Positions 60,908-63,746 of a stretch of 63,746 nucleotides of DNA are shown piece after piece. The notes below the pieces were generated by a model. That model worked only from the letters and a program-made list of their open reading frames with translations. It was not told where the DNA came from and ran no database searches. Source of the stretch: Selaginella moellendorffii (lineage: Eukaryota > Plantae > Lycopodiophyta); the NCBI RefSeq assembly GCF_000143415.4, contig NW_003314286.1:1897243-1960988 (forward strand). Reading direction: 5' to 3'. Within the stretch, counting starts at the first letter, position 1. Every line of letters starts with the position of its first letter. The position numbers and the translations under genes are program-made.

Positions 60908-62360
60908 TGTGAGACACAAACCCTTAAGCCCCAAGTGGAGCCGAAAGGGTGCCACGTGGTAGTGGCGGAAGCGAAAGCCAAACAAGTATAATATGTTTAA
61001 ACTAAAAGCTTCAACTTGAAAGGTCAAGAGTGAGAGTGGAACTCCCATTGGAGTGCTCAAGGAACGAGCATGAAGTGAGCAATAAGAGAGTCTCTAGAAA
61101 AAAGACACAAGATGGACCCCAGATGGAGTTTGAGATGGACTAAGATGGAGTTTGAGATGGACCAATATGGAGTCCGAGATGAACTGAGATGGAGTTTAAG
61201 ATGGACCCGAGATAGAGTCTGAGATGGACTGAGATGGAGTCCGAGATGGACCCGAGATGGAGTCTGAGATGGAGTCCGAGAAGGAGCTGAGATGGAGTTT
61301 GAGGTCGAGACCAAGACCGGGACCGAAACCGAGACTGAGGCCAAGGCTGAGACCGAGTTCGAGTCCGAGTCCAAGTCCAAGTCTAAGGGTGAAAGCCCAA
61401 AGCGTTCGTCTCCCAGACTCTGGGGGGCTTAGTGAGCTCCAAAAGTATAGTAGGGGGAGGACTCCAGTGGAGCCAATTTGGCTAAGAAAGGCTAGTTTGG
61501 CTAAGGAAAGCTGCACCCAGATGTTGGGTGATGGGATAATTATTGGAAAGTCCAAAGCTAGAGTGAATATTGACCAATAAGCGGGGTAGCTTGGTGAAGT
61601 GTTCAAGAGCCAGCTTTAGTTCCCTGAGGAGATCGAATGGTTGATGCTCCCAGTCCAAGCATGGGTGGCACTACCTACTTGAATACCTGGTGTGGCTCAA
61701 CGAAACCTCGCTCTAAGCCCCTAGCTAGAGCATCCAAAGACGGAAGGTGGGGAGAGTACTTATAAAGTTCATATAAGGCCACGATGTTCCAAAATGTTGT
61801 GCCAAAGTCTCAAACTGTGAAAAGGAAGAGGAGAAATCCTCTAGTGCAGTGACTAAGGATACAGTCATATGGTGAGGAAGTCCTAAAGGACAGTGGGACT
61901 TAGAGGTCGGGCCTACGGGCCTTGTTCCAGTGGCAATGTTGACAAACACGGCCATGGACAGAAAGGGACTTGGTGGGGATTGAAAAAGGGATATTATGGA
62001 AGGTTATATATGGGGAAGGAAGGATGCTAAGAAGTGGATCTGGAATGACCACTCATGGACAGATGGCTGAGTCTTGAAGAAAAAAGACTGGGATGCAAGT
62101 GGTATTGGAGCACTAGTGAAGCAAAGGTGATTGGGTATGGCTTTAGCGTAATGGGTTAATGTGTCGATGGTACCTTTGAGTGTCAATTATGGGATTGGAC
62201 ACGTGGAGCACTTGGACCAAGTGCAATGGTCGAGTGGCATGGATGCCACTCTCGAGGCTAACAAGCCCCAAGTCTTGAATTAAACTTATGGAGGTTGTGA
62301 ATGAGACTCCTCCAATGTGGTTAAGTGACTAAAGTAGAATCGAAAAATTAGTTCCTTACA
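60908..62360 (-). mobile_element. Solo LTR, family A, longest copy, reverse orientation
   Basis: TGTGAGAC...CCTTACA termini with 5-bp TSD ATATG (60903-60907 and 62361-62365). Confidence 0.95.
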
Positions 62361-62365
62361 ATATG

Positions 62366-63640
62366 GAAATGGAATACAAAAATGTCAATTAACCCAAAAC
62401 CCTAGTTTATATATAAGAGCGAATAGTCTAAATTGAAATCAATTTGATACGTATCAAAATCCCATTATGCTAATATTAGTATATGGCATTGTAGTTGTAC
62501 ACTTGGATTTCACATCATCCCCTCCTCTCAAAATGATGGAAGACAGTCAAAGTTCTCTCGTGAATGAGCCGAGATCTAGAGGAACATTAGGAAGAGACAT
62601 CAATAAATCTGTAAGTGGTGCCAATTATTCTTGATCCCTTTGTACAAAGTGTTTTACCTGCTATACAATTTTTGGAGGATTGGCCTGTTGAATGTCATGC
62701 CAAACCTCATAAACTTGTGATCCAACTTGCTACAACACCTGATATAGTCTCTTATACTGAGCAAAAAGCCCCTTAGATAAACTTTATACTGTAAGATTGG
62801 GAAAATAGACTAATTATCCACTTTATACTCCACAGATAGATGATGATGGGAGTTGTATGTAAGTCATAAATTTTTCCTTTTTAATTTGCTAGTTTACCCC
62901 TTCTATCCAACCACCATAGCCTTGGCCTTAGTTAAGTTCCCTTGCCAAGGTTCCCACCTATTATATTACCTTCTATTTAGTCCTCACTGTATGAGCAACG
63001 GAGCATTACCTATCCATCCACAGATTTCTAAATTCTCTCATAATCCCCCTCCCCGGGTTAGACTGGACTTAAACTTCAACTACACTCCCTGCAGGCACAA
63101 GCAGCCAAGCATACCAAGCCTCCAGGTTAATAACATCCCTTGGTATAACAAGACTTGATCATGGGACCATCTAAATCCCAAGTTTTAAGTACAATACTTG
63201 CTTCAGGACATCGGGGGGAAACACTATGGCCTAACGACTTGGTATAGGTACCCTTACTCCCCCACTTCCATCCCAAAGGGAAAGCCTAAGCCCCTAGGAA
63301 GAGCAAGGACCAATGAGCCACAAAGTACTCCAGTGGGGCACCACTTTATATGAGTTGGGAGCACTATACTTGGTTTCCTTTCTGGCTCTTGAGCACTTCC
63401 TTGGATGGCCCCTCTGGCACCACCCAAGTCTATGCTTACTCCCACCCAAAGCCTCTAAACCCCAATCTTAACCTCAAGTTAGTTTGGAAGCACCATTGGA
63501 CAATTCCTTCAAAACTGGTTCCTAGACCTCATTATCCCTATTATACTTTGGGAACCCCCTTCAACCTGCCCCCCCGCCCCCCCCCCCCCCTTCCCCCCTT
63601 GGGAGACACACACTTTAGGCTTTCACCCCACAACATGTAT
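62366..63640 (-). mobile_element. Decayed Gypsy-like retroelement (family B): internal remnants, polypurine tract and start of the 3' LTR
   Basis: The minus strand reads GAGAGGAGGGGATGA then TGTGA at ~62514 (PPT followed by TG). SKLDHKFMRF at ~62705-62735 resembles the integrase KLxxxxxGPF motif. 62415-62514 is homologous to 551-650. Confidence 0.6.
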
Positions 63641-63746
63641 TAGTATTCAGACTTAGTTTCAGACTCAATCTCGGACTTGATCTCAAACTCAACCTCGGAC
63701 TCGGTCTCAGAATTGATCTCAGACTCGATCTGGACCCGACCTGGAC

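Overview
Eukaryotic nuclear DNA from a compact land-plant genome. Short introns, tight gene spacing and an intronless S-motif-rich PLS-PPR gene point to a lycophyte such as Selaginella (inferred, not searched). A gene island at ~2.8-22 kb holds MED7, a GPI-anchored stellacyanin-type phytocyanin, REC8/SYN1 cohesin, an intronless Ser/Thr kinase, a GT4 glycosyltransferase, a SURP/G-patch protein, a PCF11/PCFS4 homologue, non-specific phospholipase C and SLP2 phosphatase. A local duplication of the NPC-3'/SLP2/TRM10 block was resolved by reciprocal pseudogenisation: SLP2 survives in copy 1 and TRM10 in copy 2. From ~29 to 51 kb the sequence is AT-rich decayed transposon DNA: solo LTRs of two families with readable 5-bp TSDs, a SWIM-finger transposon relic preceded by a phased array of palindromes, a deleted hAT element with TIRs and a perfect 8-bp TSD, a B-lectin relic and a 100-N gap. 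A second island (52-59 kb) carries an EXA1/GIGYF-like GYF gene, a PLS-PPR gene, PPR relics and a tRNA-Val-like fragment. The window ends in nested LTR retroelements. I cannot demonstrate a new biological system. The best leads are the palindrome array with its SWIM element, the tandem exon-like module divergent from REC8, and the reciprocal-loss duplication.
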